Assembly: GCA_049325595.1 (NCBI GenBank)
Contig: JBMOLF010000015.1
Coordinates: 64,001 to 128,000 of the forward strand
Direction: 5' to 3'
DNA from: Candidatus Babelota bacterium
GTDB lineage: Bacteria; Babelota; Babeliae; Babelales; Vermiphilaceae
DNA length: 64,000 nt
Below the pieces are notes generated by a model. It was not told the DNA's origin. It made no database searches and worked only from the letters and a program-made list of their open reading frames with translations. The position numbers and the translations under genes are program-made. The number at the start of each line of letters is the position of its first letter. Position 1 is the first letter of the stretch. This document shows positions 1-9,953 of this stretch, one piece after another.

Positions 1-22
1 TATAAATTACAACAGACAGGTT

Positions 23-1444
23 ATGAGTCATAATTCAATTCGTGTTAGATTTGCTCCGTCTCCGACGGGGCATTTACATATTGGTGGTTTGCGATCGGCA
101 TTATTTAATTGGTTATATGCACGTCGTTATAATGGTACTTTTTTATTGCGTATAGAAGATACCGATATTGAACGTTCAAAAGATGAATACACCAAGGCCC
201 TGCTTGAAGCTCTTGAATGGGCCGGTGTTCATTCTGATGAACCGATTGTTATACAATCAGAGCGCATCGAAATTCATCGTAAATTAATACATAATTTATT
301 GCAGCAGGGTAAAGCTTATTATTGTACATGCAGTGCAGATGATGTGATTAAGCGCTTGAAAGAAAGTGGTCAAGATATTTTATTTATCAAATATGATGGC
401 TATTGTAGGTCACGTAATAATACTCATGGGGCGGTTCGATTTAAAATTCCTGAAAATATGAGTGATATTTCTTTTCATGATCTCATACGAGGAGATATCA
501 CGGTTAATATGGCGCAACTTGACGATTTTATTATTATGCGCACAGATGGTACCCCAATGTATAATTTTGTCGTGGTAGCTGATGATGCTCATATGAATAT
601 ATCGCACGTAATACGTGGTGAAGAACATATTTCAAATACCCCTAAACAAATTTTGCTTTATCAAGCGCTTGAGTTTCGTATACCGAACTTTGCTCATTTG
701 CCGTTAATTTTAGGCCCTGATGGTAATAAATTAAGTAAACGAGATGCTGCTACGGCGGTAATTGATTATAAAACTGCAGGTTATTTACCTGATGCATTAG
801 TAAATTATTTGGTACGTTTAGGTTGGGCTCATGGTGACCAAGAAATATTTTCACGCCAAGAAATGATTGCCTCATTTTCACTTGAAGCCGTCAGTAAAAA
901 AGGTGCCATATTTGATCAAAAAAAACTTGATTGGATGAATGGCTATTATATTCGCAATGCCGATAATAAAACTATTCGCAATCTTATTGAGCAAGATGTT
1001 GATGTATCATTTGAATCTTGTGTTGCACAATGGACAAGCGAGCAAATAAATTCTTTGATTGAGTTGTATAAGCAACGTTCACATACGCTTAAAGAATTGG
1101 CGTACCATATTATTAATTTTTCTCAAGATCCTGATACGTACATAACGGCTGATGTTATGCAATGGACTTCTGCGCAGACGCCAAGTCAACTACAAGAACT
1201 GGTTTCTTTTTTACAAGGGTATGCAGGCTCTCTTTCTGAACTTGAGCAAGCGATAAAACAATGGAGCAAGGAGCGTGGAATAAAATTAGTAGCTATTGCT
1301 CAACCAGTACGTATTGCATTACTTGGTAATAGTTCTGGACCAGGCGTATTTGATTTAATAGCAATACTTGGTATTAATAAAACGATAATACGTATTAACA
1401 AATTTATTCAATTCTTGCAGAATGAAATAAAAGCGCAATCATGA
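23..1444 (+). CDS. gltX: Glutamate--tRNA ligase
   Basis: RFAPSPTG, HIGG (HIGH) and KLSKR (KMSKS) class I motifs; 473 aa. Confidence 0.97.
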   Translation: MSHNSIRVRFAPSPTGHLHIGGLRSALFNWLYARRYNGTFLLRIEDTDIERSKDEYTKALLEALEWAGVHSDEPIVIQSERIEIHRKLIHNLLQQGKAYYCTCSADDVIKRLKESGQDILFIKYDGYCRSRNNTHGAVRFKIPENMSDISFHDLIRGDITVNMAQLDDFIIMRTDGTPMYNFVVVADDAHMNISHVIRGEEHISNTPKQILLYQALEFRIPNFAHLPLILGPDGNKLSKRDAATAVIDYKTAGYLPDALVNYLVRLGWAHGDQEIFSRQEMIASFSLEAVSKKGAIFDQKKLDWMNGYYIRNADNKTIRNLIEQDVDVSFESCVAQWTSEQINSLIELYKQRSHTLKELAYHIINFSQDPDTYITADVMQWTSAQTPSQLQELVSFLQGYAGSLSELEQAIKQWSKERGIKLVAIAQPVRIALLGNSSGPGVFDLIAILGINKTIIRINKFIQFLQNEIKAQS

Positions 1445-1454
1445 AAGAGATCGT

Positions 1455-1697
1455 ATGTTAAATAGAGAATCAATAAAAGAACAGGTAGTAGCTGTTATTG
1501 CAGAAAAATTAAGCATAGATAGTTCTAAAATAACCGAAGAATCTACCCTTGCTCAATTGGGTGCAGATTCTCTTGATTTAGTAGAAATTATTATGCGTTT
1601 AGAAGAAAAATTTGATATTGAAATTGATGACGAACAAGCTGAAAAATTGCAAAATGTTGGTCAGGTAATTGATTATATTCAATCATTAGTAAAATAA
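1455..1697 (+). CDS. acpP: Acyl carrier protein
   Basis: LGADSLD phosphopantetheine motif; acidic 80 aa protein. Confidence 0.95.
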   Translation: MLNRESIKEQVVAVIAEKLSIDSSKITEESTLAQLGADSLDLVEIIMRLEEKFDIEIDDEQAEKLQNVGQVIDYIQSLVK

Positions 1698-1699
1698 AG

Positions 1700-1730
1700 A
1701 AAAGCCCTAGCGCAAAACTAGGGCTTTTTT
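1700..1730. terminator. Bidirectional intrinsic terminator
   Basis: aaaagccctag-cgcaaaa-ctagggctttttt between convergent genes. Confidence 0.85.
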
Positions 1731-1736
1731 CGTGTT

Positions 1737-2099
1737 TTATTTTTTTATAGCTACCTTTATCTCTTTAGTTTGAGCAGGTTTCAAATGACCTTCCCAGGGT
1801 TTACGGTATGCAAAATGTAAGGTAGCATCACCTTCTTTTAATGCTTTAAATTGCCACGTTTGTTTGCCACCTTTACCAACAAGTCCTTGTGGATTTGCAT
1901 CAGGTGTATAATGTGATTCTTCAAGTCGTAGCAAAGTAGAGTCAGGTTGCTCTGCTAAATGCCAAGAATAACCAGTACTTGGATTGGACTCTAATGTTAC
2001 ATTAAAAGAAAGTCCTTTTTTAGTTGAAATTGTTTGACCATTTGCACCATACATTGCTGTTGTTAAAAGCATTGAGCTTATTAATAATAAATGTTTCAT
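1737..2099 (-). CDS. Chagasin/ICP-family (I42) cysteine protease inhibitor, secreted
   Basis: Signal peptide; NPSTGYSW, GxVGxGG and YRKPWE loops typical of chagasin. Confidence 0.88.
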   Translation of the reverse strand: MKHLLLISSMLLTTAMYGANGQTISTKKGLSFNVTLESNPSTGYSWHLAEQPDSTLLRLEESHYTPDANPQGLVGKGGKQTWQFKALKEGDATLHFAYRKPWEGHLKPAQTKEIKVAIKK

Positions 2100-2118
2100 A
2101 AAATACTACTCCTTTAGG

Positions 2119-3750
2119 TTAATAAGATACGCCACCTTTTAGCCACAGTCCCCATTGAGAAACTGAAATTTTATTAGGTTCTAATTGATTTAATGGTCGA
2201 ATTCCTTCAAACTCAACTTCACCACCAGCACCAATAAACGGATCTATTATGCCAAACCAACTACTACAACGTTGACCGCTGTATTGAAGATGACCAAATA
2301 TTTTATGGGTAAATGGTCTATTGGTTGCAGCTGAATTCACATTAATTGCTTGAGAAGTGATAAACACTGGTGAGTTAGGATCCATCACGCATGCTTGATT
2401 AAAGAAATTATTACCAAAAATAGTAGCGCAACTTTCAGTTGCATTACTTGGTGTGAGTAACTCAGTATAACAATTTTGAATACCTTTCATGCCGTAAGTA
2501 TTTGGTGGTAAGCATGGTACATCAGTAATTTTTTCCCGCGATCGAATCCACCCGTTGTAGCCAAGGTCTACGCCCCAATTGCAGTAGGTATATGCGGCCA
2601 TAATTACAAAATCAAATTGAAGATCAATGTGTACATTAACATCAAAGGTGAGTCGATTAATTGCTGGTACCGTAACAGTCGTGTAATTACCAAACTCGTC
2701 AAATTGTTTTATAAGAGTATATCTGCTTCCCCATCCATTTTTGCAAAGATCAAATGAGCGACGCTGGCGCGACTTAAAAAGAGTAGAAGCGTTAAATTCG
2801 CTATGAATACCTACCGTTTGTTGGCCATCTTTTTCCCACACAATCACATGCCCGGTAAAACCAAGACCAATTTCCCCGTGGTGACCGTTGCCAATTACCG
2901 GCTCAAAAAGAAATTCAGCTTTAGAGCGATTACCCGTTGGTATAACACCCAAGATGTTAAAGCCAACATGTCCTCTTCTTCGTGAAACAAAATTCCATCC
3001 TAATGCTAAATGTATATCAGCTAACCCAAATCTACTTTGTGGACAGGCAATTCTTCCAAATTGTAAGCCTTCTCGTACATCACCATACGTTAATCCTCCT
3101 TGCATTGCTTGAATAAATGAAGTAGCCGGAGCAGGAATTGCAGGCACAGACATGTATAAAGGTGGATAAGGAGTTGCGGTGCCAGGATTGATGACATTTT
3201 CGCTTAATCCCATTGAAGTTCGCGTCCATACAATAGGTGCATGAAGTCTGAAATAAAAGGATCGCCACCCCACATAGAGTGCGCCATCAATAATACCATT
3301 AATCATATGAGGATCAACAAATACATCACTTACAAATTCTGGTGATAACCCAAAATAATCGGCAAGTATATCAGGTTCACCTCGGTCAATAACTTGGCTA
3401 CCTGCTATACTTAAACAATTGGTACCAAAAAAGTATTCAGCAAGCCGTTTAGGGCGATAGGTGCGACTAAATTCACCGGTAAAATTCCATGCCCAGTACC
3501 ATCCTGGTTCATCATAGCGATTTATAAAACGATGCCAGCCAACTAGATCACGAGCTATGTTTACTCCTTGTGAACGGGGGAGTAAGAATGTTTTGCCATG
3601 TAACGGAAAGTCGCAGCATTGATCAATACATAATGGCGGGCAGTCAATGCATGAGCCACAATTGCTTGCAACACAACATTCATTTGCAAAAGATAGGGAC
3701 ATTATTCCTATCAAAAAAGTAATTCCAATACCTAAAAGCCGTAATTTCAT
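2119..3750 (-). CDS. Cys-rich probable outer-membrane beta-barrel protein, paralog 4
   Basis: Signal peptide; shared motifs RSQG, LADYFGL, FEPVIGNG, RRSFDL; C-terminal QWGLWLKGGVSY resembling a BamA beta-signal. Confidence 0.6.
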   Translation of the reverse strand: MKLRLLGIGITFLIGIMSLSFANECCVASNCGSCIDCPPLCIDQCCDFPLHGKTFLLPRSQGVNIARDLVGWHRFINRYDEPGWYWAWNFTGEFSRTYRPKRLAEYFFGTNCLSIAGSQVIDRGEPDILADYFGLSPEFVSDVFVDPHMINGIIDGALYVGWRSFYFRLHAPIVWTRTSMGLSENVINPGTATPYPPLYMSVPAIPAPATSFIQAMQGGLTYGDVREGLQFGRIACPQSRFGLADIHLALGWNFVSRRRGHVGFNILGVIPTGNRSKAEFLFEPVIGNGHHGEIGLGFTGHVIVWEKDGQQTVGIHSEFNASTLFKSRQRRSFDLCKNGWGSRYTLIKQFDEFGNYTTVTVPAINRLTFDVNVHIDLQFDFVIMAAYTYCNWGVDLGYNGWIRSREKITDVPCLPPNTYGMKGIQNCYTELLTPSNATESCATIFGNNFFNQACVMDPNSPVFITSQAINVNSAATNRPFTHKIFGHLQYSGQRCSSWFGIIDPFIGAGGEVEFEGIRPLNQLEPNKISVSQWGLWLKGGVSY

Positions 3751-3780
3751 AGGAGCCTTTCTTTTTAAAGAATATGTCTA

Positions 3781-5679
3781 TTAATTGAATGACACTCCTC
3801 CTTTAAACCAAATACCCCATTCTGATAATGCTGATTGCTGGCATTTGCAACTGTCACATTCAAGAGTGCATGGATTAGTGTGCTGTGCAAATTCTACTTT
3901 GGCACCTGCACCAATATAAGGGATCCATTCACACCAGTGCGGCCCCCAGGCATACGAAACATGGGTGAAGAATTTATGTGATAATCCTTTGGTGCGTGCT
4001 GAAAATAAATCAATATCAGAGTTAGCGATAAAAATAGGCTCTTGAGATGTTTTGGTTTGTAATCCGGTGACTAAATCATTAATGTCTGCGCCAGCAGTAT
4101 TATCTTCTAAAAAGCGGGCAAATTTAGAATTATCTACACCCGGATTTCGGGTTGGTTGAATGCCATCGATACCACCATCTAAAGGATTTGGTCCGACAAA
4201 ATTATTTCTACCGGTATGAATAGTTGCCGTATCTTGTGTTGCTGATAGCGGAATAGGTTGATTGGCGGTTATAGGGTCGATAGTATTTGCAGCAAATCCA
4301 TACACAAATGAATCACCTTTGAGTGCCCATATTCTGTTGCCATCTAGAGGAGCTGGGCATGTACAGGTATAGCGTAATTTTTCACAACTTCTTGTCCAGA
4401 AGTTGTATCCCATATCCCATCCCCACCCACAATTGGTATAATTAAATAATAAAACAAGATCAAATTGAGCAGCAATACGTGATTCAACATCAAAAGTGGT
4501 TAAATTAGCAACGGAGGTAAACACATTTTGAAATTGTGCTATTGGAGCCACGCTATTTGATACGTCGCCTGGGTCAGTATTGGCAAAAAGGTTATACACC
4601 GGCACACCAAGCATACTTGCTAAAGCATAACGGCTGTTTGGACGATCGATCAAATCAAATGAGCGGCGTTGACGTGCACTAAATAAATGTGTGAGATTAA
4701 AATCAAAATACATGCCGCATGATTGTTGACTGTTTTTACTACGCCAGAACGTGTAATGACTAGTAAAACCAAATCCTAATTCCCAATGGTGACCATTTCC
4801 TACAAGAGGTTCAAATAAGTATTCGCCGGTAGGGCGGTTTCCTGTAGGAGCAGCTCCGCGTAAATTTAAGCCAATATGATAATCATCCGATTGGGCAAAA
4901 TTCCATCCCAGTGCACCTTGTACATCGGACAAGGTAGTTTTATTGCGTGTTCTGCGATATAATCGAGCATTTTTTAATGATTCAAATGTAACTAAACATC
5001 CTAAATTGGGCGTTGCACAACCGGTTAAAAAATCTGTTGCTGATTCCACTAACTGTGCGCGATCAACACCTGCTGTGCTTTCATTAAAATAACCAGGCAA
5101 ATAAGCTGAGCTACCACGATCAATAACTTTTTCACAAAAATTAAGATCCCACCGAGTATGAACTATGGGCGCATGGAAACGTAAATAAAGACCTTCAACC
5201 CATTCATCAAGCCCTAAATAAAAACTCAGATCAATCATTAAATTGGTAATGCGGGGTTCAAATGTTAAAATACTTTGATAATCAGTCGGTAAGCCAAAAT
5301 AATCTGCAAGCCAATCAGTGCAACCACGATTAGGAACTAGGCTACCTGAGACTTTAATAAATCCACAACGAGTATCATCTTTGCAGAGCTGGCAATCAAT
5401 ATCTGAAGTTGATAATAAATCTACACCAAACAAAGTTTGTGCAATATCACATGATTTAAAAGAACGTGTGTACTCGGGTGTAAAACCAATAACACCGTAT
5501 ACACGACACATATCATATAAATTAATAAGTTGTGTCCATCCAACTAAATCACGCGCTGCATCTTCACTTTGAGAGCGTGGATAAAAAAATGGCGTAACAC
5601 CAAAAACAGAAGAGCTAACTATACTGGTAAATGAAATAACATATAATAATTTTTTAGTAAGGCGATGCATAATACCCAC
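3781..5679 (-). CDS. Cys-rich probable outer-membrane beta-barrel protein, paralog 3
   Basis: Same family motifs (WLADYFGLPTD, FEPLVGNGHHWE, WALKGD); ends EWGIWFKGGVSFN. Confidence 0.6.
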   Translation of the reverse strand: MGIMHRLTKKLLYVISFTSIVSSSVFGVTPFFYPRSQSEDAARDLVGWTQLINLYDMCRVYGVIGFTPEYTRSFKSCDIAQTLFGVDLLSTSDIDCQLCKDDTRCGFIKVSGSLVPNRGCTDWLADYFGLPTDYQSILTFEPRITNLMIDLSFYLGLDEWVEGLYLRFHAPIVHTRWDLNFCEKVIDRGSSAYLPGYFNESTAGVDRAQLVESATDFLTGCATPNLGCLVTFESLKNARLYRRTRNKTTLSDVQGALGWNFAQSDDYHIGLNLRGAAPTGNRPTGEYLFEPLVGNGHHWELGFGFTSHYTFWRSKNSQQSCGMYFDFNLTHLFSARQRRSFDLIDRPNSRYALASMLGVPVYNLFANTDPGDVSNSVAPIAQFQNVFTSVANLTTFDVESRIAAQFDLVLLFNYTNCGWGWDMGYNFWTRSCEKLRYTCTCPAPLDGNRIWALKGDSFVYGFAANTIDPITANQPIPLSATQDTATIHTGRNNFVGPNPLDGGIDGIQPTRNPGVDNSKFARFLEDNTAGADINDLVTGLQTKTSQEPIFIANSDIDLFSARTKGLSHKFFTHVSYAWGPHWCEWIPYIGAGAKVEFAQHTNPCTLECDSCKCQQSALSEWGIWFKGGVSFN

Positions 5680-5706
5680 TCCTTGATTGCAATAGTTGTT
5701 TTAAAA

Positions 5707-5736
5707 ACTGTAACACGGCGCGTTTTATTGCTTCAA
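5707..5736 (-). promoter_or_regulatory. Putative sigma70-type promoter for paralog 3
   Basis: Minus strand TTGAAG-18 nt-TACAGT with TGn extension; same layout as 7811-7840. Confidence 0.45.
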
Positions 5737-5746
5737 GAAAAGAAGT

Positions 5747-5776
5747 AAAAAGGCCCGGTCTTTATGACCAGGCCTT
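5747..5776 (-). terminator. Intrinsic terminator after paralog 2
   Basis: aaggcc(c)ggtc...gacc(a)ggcctt stem followed by a T-run on the minus strand. Confidence 0.7.
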
Positions 5777-5799
5777 GTTGGTTTACTAATTGCTGTTGA

Positions 5800-7764
5800 T
5801 TAATAATCAAAAGCAAAGCCACCTTTGAGCCAAATACCCCATTCAGACAAGTTGCATGTTTTGCAGCATGTTTGAGTATTAGGATTTACATTAATGTTAG
5901 CAGTTGATACGCAGTCGCTTACGCAGCATCCAGTATCACATGAGGTATCGTTAGTGCAGCAGCTTGAACCACGTTTGTGTGCAAATTCTGCTTTACCACC
6001 AATTCCTAAGAATGGAGTCCAGCATTCAAAGCAATCATTCCATGTATAGCTCAAATGAGCAAATACTTTGCTTGATAAACCACGGCTGCGAGCAGCAACT
6101 AAGTCTACATCTTCATTGCGTAAGAAGATTGGATCATTAGATGTTCTGGTTTGAATTAAATCAGCAGGAGAAATATCAAGATTATTACCAAGACCAGTTG
6201 CTCCAGCAGTAAAACGTGCAAATTGTGGATTATCAATACCAGGATTTGCGCGATCAGTGATCACAAAATCATTACCTGGAGTTGTATTGGTACCCGAATT
6301 GATTGTTGCTTGACTTTCTGTTGCAGATAACGCTACTGGTAATCCACTGCTACGTCGGAAGCCATATACACTGGCATCACCTTTAAGTGCCCAGTTTCGA
6401 GTAGCAAATTCAGTTTGGTCATCACAGCAAGCAAAGCGGATTTTCTCGCAGCTTCTACCCCAGAAATTATAACCAATATCAAATGAGAAATCGCATTTGG
6501 TAAAGTTGAACAATGCTACAACATCTGCTTGTATACCACTGCTCACTTTAACATCTAAGGTTGTTAAGTTAGCAACTGGGGTAATTAAGTTTTTAAATTG
6601 TGCAATTGGTGCTTGGCTACCAGCAACATCACCCGGTAGTGGGTTTGCAAATAAGGTGTTAACTGGTACATCAAGGCGTTCTGCAAGCATATAACGGCTA
6701 TTTGGTCTACCTACTAAATCAAATGAGCGTAATTGGCGTGTTCTGAATAAGTGAGTAATTTTAGCATCAACATAAATTCCCCAGCTTGCATCATTACATG
6801 CGTTGCGCCAGAAAGTCCAGTGTGATGTTAAAATACCACCAAATTCCCAGTGTTTACCATTACCTACGATTGGTTCAAATAACCATTCACTTTGTGGACG
6901 ACGGCCAGTCGGTGCAGCAACACGAGCAGCAATACCAAAATGATAATCTTCATCTTGCGCAAAGTTGTAACCAAGATCAAAACGAACTTCAGCTACTCCA
7001 TTGTCTGTTAATGAACACTTAGAAAATTTTGAATTTTTAAGCGGCTCTACAAAAACATTTTGATTTGATTGGGCTAAGTTTTGGAAAAAAAGACCTCTGC
7101 CGCCGGATGCATATTCAGTAAATTCATAACGTAATTGGGTGCGTGGCACTGCTACTGCAGCAAAATAACCAGCATCATAACCATTAACGCCTTCTGCAGT
7201 AACCGTTTCGCAATAGTCTAAATCCCATTTTGTATGTACAAAAGGAACATCAATACGTGCCCATAATCCGCACGCTAAACCGTCAAGTCCAAGATACAAA
7301 TTAAAGTCAGCAATTGCATTGCTTACTTTTGGTTTAAAACACACAGTGCTTTCAAAATCGGTTGGTAATCCAAAATAATCAGCTAACCAATCAGTTGCTG
7401 CACGGCCAGCTACGCGGCTACCAGAAATTTTAATGCAATGATCGTTATCGCATTCATTGCAAGAAGTAGTGCATGTTGTTGGACAATTTGTAGGGCATGT
7501 ATTGCAGGTATCAAATGGTCCAAAAAGACAATCGAAAATTCTACCTGGTCTGAATGAACGTGTTCCTTCAAGAGTTAACGCAGCAACCCCATAGAAGCAG
7601 TCTTTGCCAAATAAGTTTATAAGATGTGTTTCTCCGACTAATTCTCGTGCCGCATCTACGCCTTGAGAGCGAATGCTAAAATAGGGTAAGGCACCATCCA
7701 TGTTGCTGCTTATACCCACCATAATGGCTAGGCTAAGCAATGGTTTAAGGTGTGATCGCATCAT
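5800..7764 (-). CDS. Cys-rich probable outer-membrane beta-barrel protein, paralog 2
   Basis: Same family motifs; Cys/Thr/Asn-rich inserts (CNTCPTNCPTTCTTSCNEC); ends EWGIWLKGGFAFDY. Confidence 0.6.
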   Translation of the reverse strand: MMRSHLKPLLSLAIMVGISSNMDGALPYFSIRSQGVDAARELVGETHLINLFGKDCFYGVAALTLEGTRSFRPGRIFDCLFGPFDTCNTCPTNCPTTCTTSCNECDNDHCIKISGSRVAGRAATDWLADYFGLPTDFESTVCFKPKVSNAIADFNLYLGLDGLACGLWARIDVPFVHTKWDLDYCETVTAEGVNGYDAGYFAAVAVPRTQLRYEFTEYASGGRGLFFQNLAQSNQNVFVEPLKNSKFSKCSLTDNGVAEVRFDLGYNFAQDEDYHFGIAARVAAPTGRRPQSEWLFEPIVGNGKHWEFGGILTSHWTFWRNACNDASWGIYVDAKITHLFRTRQLRSFDLVGRPNSRYMLAERLDVPVNTLFANPLPGDVAGSQAPIAQFKNLITPVANLTTLDVKVSSGIQADVVALFNFTKCDFSFDIGYNFWGRSCEKIRFACCDDQTEFATRNWALKGDASVYGFRRSSGLPVALSATESQATINSGTNTTPGNDFVITDRANPGIDNPQFARFTAGATGLGNNLDISPADLIQTRTSNDPIFLRNEDVDLVAARSRGLSSKVFAHLSYTWNDCFECWTPFLGIGGKAEFAHKRGSSCCTNDTSCDTGCCVSDCVSTANINVNPNTQTCCKTCNLSEWGIWLKGGFAFDY

Positions 7765-7810
7765 AGGCTACTCCTTTTTTTTGGATAGGGGTTGTATGCA
7801 ATTTTTCAGT

Positions 7811-7840
7811 ACTCTAACATAGACGGTAGCTCTGTTTCAA
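7811..7840 (-). promoter_or_regulatory. Putative sigma70-type promoter for paralog 2
   Basis: Minus strand TTGAAA-18 nt-TAGAGT with TGn extension. Confidence 0.45.
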
Positions 7841-7877
7841 GAAAATAGCGATCAATCTTTTATAATGAGGCTATTAC

Positions 7878-7911
7878 AAAAAACAAGAGCTCGGTATTAT
7901 CCGAGCTCTTG
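7878..7911 (-). terminator. Intrinsic terminator after paralog 1
   Basis: Perfect 11-bp stem caagagctcgg/ccgagctcttg followed by T6 on the minus strand. Confidence 0.8.
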
Positions 7912-7952
7912 CTGTACTAGTTTTGTTTGCATTGATTTTTACAAACTAAACC

Positions 7953-9953
7953 TTAGTTAAAGGAGATACCCCCTTTAAGCCATACACCCCATTGAGAGAT
8001 GTTGGTAATGTTGCAACCATTGCAGCAGTCGTTGCATACGGTATTGCAACCAGTGCCGGTGAAGCAATTGTTGGTTGTGCAAGCATTAGTAAAGCAGGTA
8101 TTAGTTGTGCATGAAGTGTTGCAAGCGGTATTGCAAGAAGTATTGCAAGGGTTGCAGAAGTCATTGCAGAAATCATCGCAGCAGTCATTATTTCTTCTGT
8201 TATGTGCAAATTCAACTTTACCACCTACGCCCAAGAATGGTATCCAACACTCAGATTCACACCAGGTGTAGCTGAAATGAGCAAATATTGAGCTTGAAAG
8301 ACCTCTAGTACGTGCAGCGCAATAATCAATATCATTAAGGCTTAAGAATACAGGCTCTAATGAGGTATTGGTTTGAGCTAAGTTAGCACCAGTTACGTTT
8401 GGAATAGCTTGAATTTGTGCATTAAGAGCAGATGTGCTTGCCCAAGCTAACTCAGGATTGTCAATACGAGGATTTTGTAAGTTAGAACCAGTGAATGATC
8501 CAGTGCATGGTGTATTGGTACCTGCGTTAATTGTTGCATTGCTTTCAGTAGCAGATAATGCTACAGCAGTGTTAGGGTTAGTTGATGAGTCACTACGGGT
8601 GAAACCAAATACTTGTGCGTCACCTTTAAGTGCCCATGTTCTTGCAGCAAATGGCAATCCGCAATCACAGTCACGTTCAATTTTCTCACAGCTTCTGCCC
8701 CAGAATTCATAACCTAAGTCAAATGAGAAGCCACAGTGTGTATAGTTGAATAATGCTAATACGTCTGCTTGTACTGCGCTACGAACTTTAACATCTAAGG
8801 TTGTTAAGTTAGCAACAGTGGTAAATTCGTTTTTGAATTGTGCAACAGGAGCTACTGCATCAGCTTGTACTGGGCCAGCGAACAAGTTGTTAACTGGGGT
8901 TCCAAGTCTTTCAGCAAGCATATAACGGCTGTTTGCGCCGCGACCACAAAGGTCAAATGCACGACGTTGACGCGCTTTGAACAAGGTGGTGATATTTGCT
9001 TCAACCCAGAAACTTAAGTTAGCATCATCACAGTCACTTCTCCAGAAGGTCCAGTGAGTTGTTAATTGACCACCAAGCTCCCATTGTTTACCGTTACCTA
9101 CGATAGGCTCAAACAAGATATCACCTTCTGGACGAGTACCTGTTGGAGCTGCAGCGCGGATGCCAAGACCAAAGTGATAGTTTTCACCTTGTAAGAAATC
9201 CCATCCTAAAATTGCACGTAATTCAGCAACACCAGCTTTATGATGGCTACAGAATGAAATTACGGAATTTCTGATTGGATTGAAGGTAACACCAGGAAGA
9301 TTTGGTGTACGGCCATTCATGAAATCAGTGAAGCTGCAAAGCAAGTTAGAACGTGGAACGGTATTTTCACCAGTAAGACCTGCACCAGCAACTACTGTTG
9401 GGGTGAAGTAACCAGCGTCATAACCATTTACACCAGCGTTGATAACGTTTTCACATGCTCTTAAATTCCAACGTGTATAAACAACTGGTAATTTAAGTTC
9501 AAAGTATAAACCGCAGAGCCATTCATTTAATCCTAAGTAGAGATTGAAATCTACTAAGAAGTTAGAAATGCGAGGTCTGAAACTTACGGTGCTTTGGAAA
9601 TCGGTTGGTAAACCAAAGTAGTCAGCAAGCCAATCGCAGCAGTTTCTACCAGCTACGCGGCTACCACTGATTCCAATTGAGGTGCAATCTGAATTGCAGC
9701 TGCTATTGATGGAAGGCCCAAAAAGGGTTTCAGCTATACGGCTTGATCTGAATGAACGAGTAAATTCTGGGATGATTGCAAAGCTGCCGTAAAAGCCATC
9801 TTTGTCATATAAATGTGTATGATTTGTCCAACCAACTAATTCACGAGCGGCATCGATACCTTGTGAACGGATGCTGTAGTAAGGTGCAACTGCTTGTGCG
9901 CCTGTGCTTACCAGAGCGGCAACGCAGAGAAACCCTTTAAGCATTTGTTTCAT
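7953..9953 (-). CDS. Cys-rich probable outer-membrane beta-barrel protein, paralog 1 (possible major envelope protein)
   Basis: Signal peptide, GGAG RBS, family motifs, long C-x3-C repeat tract near the C-terminus, ends QWGVWLKGGISFN; many AAC/TTC/GCT codons suggest high expression. Confidence 0.65.
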   Translation of the reverse strand: MKQMLKGFLCVAALVSTGAQAVAPYYSIRSQGIDAARELVGWTNHTHLYDKDGFYGSFAIIPEFTRSFRSSRIAETLFGPSINSSCNSDCTSIGISGSRVAGRNCCDWLADYFGLPTDFQSTVSFRPRISNFLVDFNLYLGLNEWLCGLYFELKLPVVYTRWNLRACENVINAGVNGYDAGYFTPTVVAGAGLTGENTVPRSNLLCSFTDFMNGRTPNLPGVTFNPIRNSVISFCSHHKAGVAELRAILGWDFLQGENYHFGLGIRAAAPTGTRPEGDILFEPIVGNGKQWELGGQLTTHWTFWRSDCDDANLSFWVEANITTLFKARQRRAFDLCGRGANSRYMLAERLGTPVNNLFAGPVQADAVAPVAQFKNEFTTVANLTTLDVKVRSAVQADVLALFNYTHCGFSFDLGYEFWGRSCEKIERDCDCGLPFAARTWALKGDAQVFGFTRSDSSTNPNTAVALSATESNATINAGTNTPCTGSFTGSNLQNPRIDNPELAWASTSALNAQIQAIPNVTGANLAQTNTSLEPVFLSLNDIDYCAARTRGLSSSIFAHFSYTWCESECWIPFLGVGGKVEFAHNRRNNDCCDDFCNDFCNPCNTSCNTACNTSCTTNTCFTNACTTNNCFTGTGCNTVCNDCCNGCNITNISQWGVWLKGGISFN

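Noticed and set aside
7946..8712. ORFs 7946-8224, 7999-8271 and 8434-8712 with repetitive translations
   Set aside because: Alternative-frame or antisense shadows of paralog 1 and its Cys-rich tract.
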